11,115 nucleotides of DNA, taken from Candidatus Eiseniibacteriota bacterium. Its GTDB lineage: Bacteria; Eisenbacteria; RBG-16-71-46. Numbering within the stretch: position 1 is the first letter of the stretch; every line of letters begins with the position of its first letter. Location: contig JANLWX010000213.1 in assembly GCA_031364845.1 (NCBI GenBank), positions 1-11,115 on the forward strand, read 5' to 3'. Shown here one piece after another: positions 8,240 to 11,115 of this stretch. Position numbers and translations under genes: made by a program. The notes under the pieces are model-generated. The model was not told the origin of the DNA. It saw only the letters and a program-made list of their open reading frames with translations, and searched no databases.

Positions 8240-10398
8240 GCCACCATCCTCTGTGAGAGCCGCCAGCGCATACGCACCTCGAATCCTCCATCCTTCCGTG
8301 GACCTGCGGTCACGGCGGCATCCAGTCCGCCAAATCTCCGCAGTCGCTGCTCCAGGTTCTCGAGCCCGACACCGAGCCCCACGGCATTCGTGCCGTTGTT
8401 GCTCGAGCCGTCATCGGTGAACGCCAGGTCGAGCCAGCCGCCTTCGGTCTGCGCTTCGAGCGCCAGATGCATCGGCCTCGAGCCCGGAACACAGCCGTGC
8501 TTGAGGCTGTTCTCGACCAGCGGTTGCAGCAACAGCGGGGGAACCGCGACCGACAACAGTTCGGCGGGGCCGCGGTACTCGAACGACAACGGATTCTCGT
8601 AACGCTCGCGCGCCACGCCGAGATAGTCGTCGACGAACGCGATCTCGTCCGACAGCAGCGCGGCGGGCCGGCTTCCGGCCTCGACGGTGTAGCGCAGCAT
8701 GTCCGCGAGCCGCTCGGTGAAGCGCTGGGCAGCCTGAGCGTCGGTCTCGATGAGATAGGACAGGGCGTTCAGAGCGTTGAAGAGAAAGTGTGGTTGCACC
8801 TGCGCCTGCAGCGCGCGCAGCTCCGCGCGGATCGCCGCCTCGCGCAGTTCGACTTCGCGGATCTCGTGCGCGGCGCGCTCCTCCTGGAGTCCGAGGTTCT
8901 CGAGCCGGATCCCGGCCTGGCGCAGCAGCGTGTCGACGGCACTGCGCGCGTGGTCGGGCAGCTCTTCGCCGTCGGCCACGCGCGGCATGCCGCGCTCGGG
9001 CCACTCGATCGCGACCGGGCGCTTGAGCCCGCGCTCGAGCCCGCCCTCGACCGAACGCTTCAACTGATCGCGATCGAGCGCGCCGAGCAGCTCGCGTCCG
9101 ACCTCGTCGAGCGCCATGCGGAACGCGTGCGGATCGCGGCCGTAGAGCCGGTCGAGCCAGCGCTGGAGGCGCTCGCGCAGCGGTGCGAACGCGAACGCCA
9201 CCGTGAGTGCCGCGATCACGTTGACCGCGACCGCCTGCTCGCCAGTCGCGGTCGCGAACATGCGCTCGGCGACCAGCACGCATCCGAGATAGACCGCGGC
9301 CAGCACGCCCGACAGCAGCGCATAAGGCAGCGAACGCACCAGCAGCCGGCGCGGATCGAACACCGGATCGTTCGCGATCAGATACGCGATGAGCAGCGGC
9401 GCCACGAGCCACGCGACGAACACCGCGGTCACGGCGATGCGCACGAGCGGATAGGAATAGAGCGCGATCATGCGCGGGTTCTCGGCGACCGCGCCGAGGC
9501 CGGTCGCGAGGATCAGCACCGCCGCGACGATCACCGCGAGCACACGCTCGCTGCGGCCGGGGCTTAAGGAGCGCGCGGGGCGCGCGTAGCTGCCGATCAG
9601 CGCGAGCACGCCGAGCGGCAGCGCGATGGTCTGGAACCACACGTACGGCACGTCGATCGGCTTCCCGCGCACGAAGCCGTACGCGATCATGGCGATCGGC
9701 ACCAGGTGCGTCGCGACCACCAGCCGGAACCAGCCGCTCGCCCAGCGCCGGTCGCTGCGCCAGCGCGGCCGCGGGAACACGGTCATGAAGTGCAGGAAGC
9801 TGACCGGGAACCACAGCAGGAGCGCGCGGTACACATCGAGATAGCCGCGCAGCAACGGGCCCGGTGCCAATGCCGGATACTGATAGGTCTCCCAGATGCC
9901 TCCGAGTCCTTGCAGGGTCGCGAACCACAGGAACACCCATGCCGCACTGAGGTCGGGCCGACGCCACACGAGCAGGAACGCCACCAGGGGTGCTGCGATC
10001 ATCGCGGCGACGTTGAAGATGAACAGCCGCAATCGCTGCCACGCGCCGAGCTGGACCGGAGGCACGACGATGTTGAAGGTGCGCTCGGTGCGGTTGATCG
10101 TGAGTGTGAACGGACCCTTCGGCCATCCGTTGCGGCGCAGGTATTCGAGCATGTCGGCCGAACTCGAGAACAGCACGCCGTCGATCCCCCGCAGTTCGTC
10201 GCCGCGCTCGAGCAGGAAGTTCGCGGGCGGTCCGATCACCCGGTCGACCAGCGGAAAATCCTGGCCGCGAACCCAGTTGAGGGTCACGCCCAGGCGCTGA
10301 TACGGGTAGTGGGTGAGGAATCGGGGAATGGCGAACGCCACGGCGAACAGCACCGCCGCGACGGCGAGCAGCCGCCGGCCCCGGTAGGTTGCGGGCAT
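8236..10398 (-). CDS. LytS/YehU-family sensor histidine kinase with PDZ-like domain and ~10 TM helices
   Basis: H-box ELRALQAQVQPHFLFNALN, LSDEIAFVDDYL, N-box LLLQPLVENSLKHG, FTDDG, GLGVGLENLEQRL. N-terminal TM, PDZ-like aa ~35-112, then nine more hydrophobic segments. SD GGAGG at 10408-10404. Confidence 0.93.
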   Translation of the reverse strand: MPATYRGRRLLAVAAVLFAVAFAIPRFLTHYPYQRLGVTLNWVRGQDFPLVDRVIGPPANFLLERGDELRGIDGVLFSSSADMLEYLRRNGWPKGPFTLTINRTERTFNIVVPPVQLGAWQRLRLFIFNVAAMIAAPLVAFLLVWRRPDLSAAWVFLWFATLQGLGGIWETYQYPALAPGPLLRGYLDVYRALLLWFPVSFLHFMTVFPRPRWRSDRRWASGWFRLVVATHLVPIAMIAYGFVRGKPIDVPYVWFQTIALPLGVLALIGSYARPARSLSPGRSERVLAVIVAAVLILATGLGAVAENPRMIALYSYPLVRIAVTAVFVAWLVAPLLIAYLIANDPVFDPRRLLVRSLPYALLSGVLAAVYLGCVLVAERMFATATGEQAVAVNVIAALTVAFAFAPLRERLQRWLDRLYGRDPHAFRMALDEVGRELLGALDRDQLKRSVEGGLERGLKRPVAIEWPERGMPRVADGEELPDHARSAVDTLLRQAGIRLENLGLQEERAAHEIREVELREAAIRAELRALQAQVQPHFLFNALNALSYLIETDAQAAQRFTERLADMLRYTVEAGSRPAALLSDEIAFVDDYLGVARERYENPLSFEYRGPAELLSVAVPPLLLQPLVENSLKHGCVPGSRPMHLALEAQTEGGWLDLAFTDDGSSNNGTNAVGLGVGLENLEQRLRRFGGLDAAVTAGPRKDGGFEVRMRWRLSQRMVA

Positions 10399-10466
10399 CG
10401 GAACCTCCAGACATCAGACGATCGAGCAAGTATCCTGCGCCCGCCCGCCGGGCTGCGGCAATCCCG

Positions 10467-10496
10467 GACGAGCGCGGCAGTTGCAATGGCCAGCGG
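10467..10496 (-). promoter_or_regulatory. Candidate LytTR binding site (imperfect 9-bp direct repeats, 12-bp spacer)
   Basis: Minus strand CCGCTGGCC-ATTGCAACTGCC-GCGCTCGTC; 6/9 and 7/9 matches to the AlgR site CCGTTCGTC. Confidence 0.4.
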
Positions 10497-10625
10497 GCCG
10501 CGGGCACTGGCGCGCGCGACGCCGCCCGATCCCGCGCGCATCGCGATCACGCGCGCTACATCTAGGAAGGAGTTCTCCCCGGAATAACGTGGTGGTTTTG
10601 CTGTAGTACTTGCGGGCCGAGCGGC

Positions 10626-10631
10626 TATACT
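10626..10631 (+). promoter_or_regulatory. -10 element for the surA-like gene
   Basis: TATACT about 90 nt upstream of the start; no good -35 at 16-18 nt spacing. Confidence 0.45.
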
Positions 10632-10720
10632 GCCCGGCCGCTTTACCCTTGCATTCCGGCGCGGGTCACGTTCGTGTCAATCGAACGATCGGCGCGCCCC
10701 CATTCACGGAGGTTTCCACG

Positions 10721-11115
10721 TTGAAGCGCATGACATGGCTTTCGCTCGGACTGATCGCATGCTTGTTCGCCGTCCCCGCGCAGGCCCAGCAGCGCGCACA
10801 GCACCTGAACGGCATCGCGGCGGTCGTCAACGACGATGTCGTGCTCGTCAGTGATGTCGAGGAGCAACTCGACCTCGTGCTGCGCCGCGCGCAGGCCGAG
10901 ATCGATTCCGCCACGATCGACACGCTGCGCACGCAGATCCTGAACCAGCTCATCGACGAGAAGCTGATCTTCGCCGAGGCGAAGCGTCAGGGGATGACGG
11001 CCGCGGACGCCGAGGTCGCCAAAGAACTCGAGACCGCGATTCAGGAGATCAAGCAGCGCTTCGGCGGCGAGGAAGGATTCCGCCGCCAGCTCGCGAGCGA
11101 GAACACCAGCGAGGA
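10721..11115 (+). CDS. surA: SurA-family periplasmic chaperone/PPIase, N-terminal part (runs off the right edge)
   Basis: Not in the ORF track. SD GGAGG (10708-10712) and TTG start. MKRMTWLSLGLIACLFAVPAQA/QQRAQHLNGIAAVVNDDVVLVSDV...LRTQILNQLIDEKLIFAEAKRQGM...FGGEEGFRRQL, i.e. signal peptide plus SurA_N domain. Confidence 0.85.
   Translation, partial: MKRMTWLSLGLIACLFAVPAQAQQRAQHLNGIAAVVNDDVVLVSDVEEQLDLVLRRAQAEIDSATIDTLRTQILNQLIDEKLIFAEAKRQGMTAADAEVAKELETAIQEIKQRFGGEEGFRRQLASENTSE

Noticed and set aside
10444..10469. CCCGCCGGGCTG...GCAATCCCGG resembling 2290-2323
   Set aside because: Short, GC-rich and differently spaced; not distinguishable from chance.
8411..10587. Long alternative-frame and antisense ORFs over the kinase (698, 366, 293 aa), and similar ones over OmpA, foldase and regulator
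   Set aside because: Arg/Ala/Gly/Pro-rich or mirror-frame shadows of well-supported genes.
10581..10606. GGAAT-N17-GTA as an ECF sigma promoter for surA
   Set aside because: Too degenerate to assign without knowing the organism's ECF repertoire.
10669..10687. GTTCG-N7-CGAAC as a LexA box
   Set aside because: Orientation and spacing differ from CGAAC-N4-GTTCG; better explained as an RNA hairpin.

Overview
GC-rich chromosomal window from a diderm bacterium; no CRISPR array, transposase, rRNA or tRNA is evident. Left to right: a 3'-truncated small hypothetical gene translationally coupled to a barrel-less OmpA-C/TSP3-repeat protein (minus strand); a divergent exported TlpA-like thioredoxin; a ~500-bp non-coding interval rich in structure; mfd (transcription-repair coupling factor); a lipoprotein foldase with a degenerate parvulin domain; a convergent LytS/LytTR two-component pair whose kinase has a PDZ-like sensor and about 10 TM helices; and the 5' end of a surA-like gene. 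The best leads are: (i) a candidate ~160-nt minus-strand small RNA with its own promoter, a long terminator hairpin and three LacI-family-like operators; (ii) a second, divergent structured RNA or attenuator in front of mfd; (iii) a PDZ-LytS/LytTR system between two periplasmic chaperone genes, with an AlgR-like 9-12-9 direct repeat upstream of its own operon, possibly an envelope-folding stress circuit. All family calls come from motif recognition by eye, not database searches.
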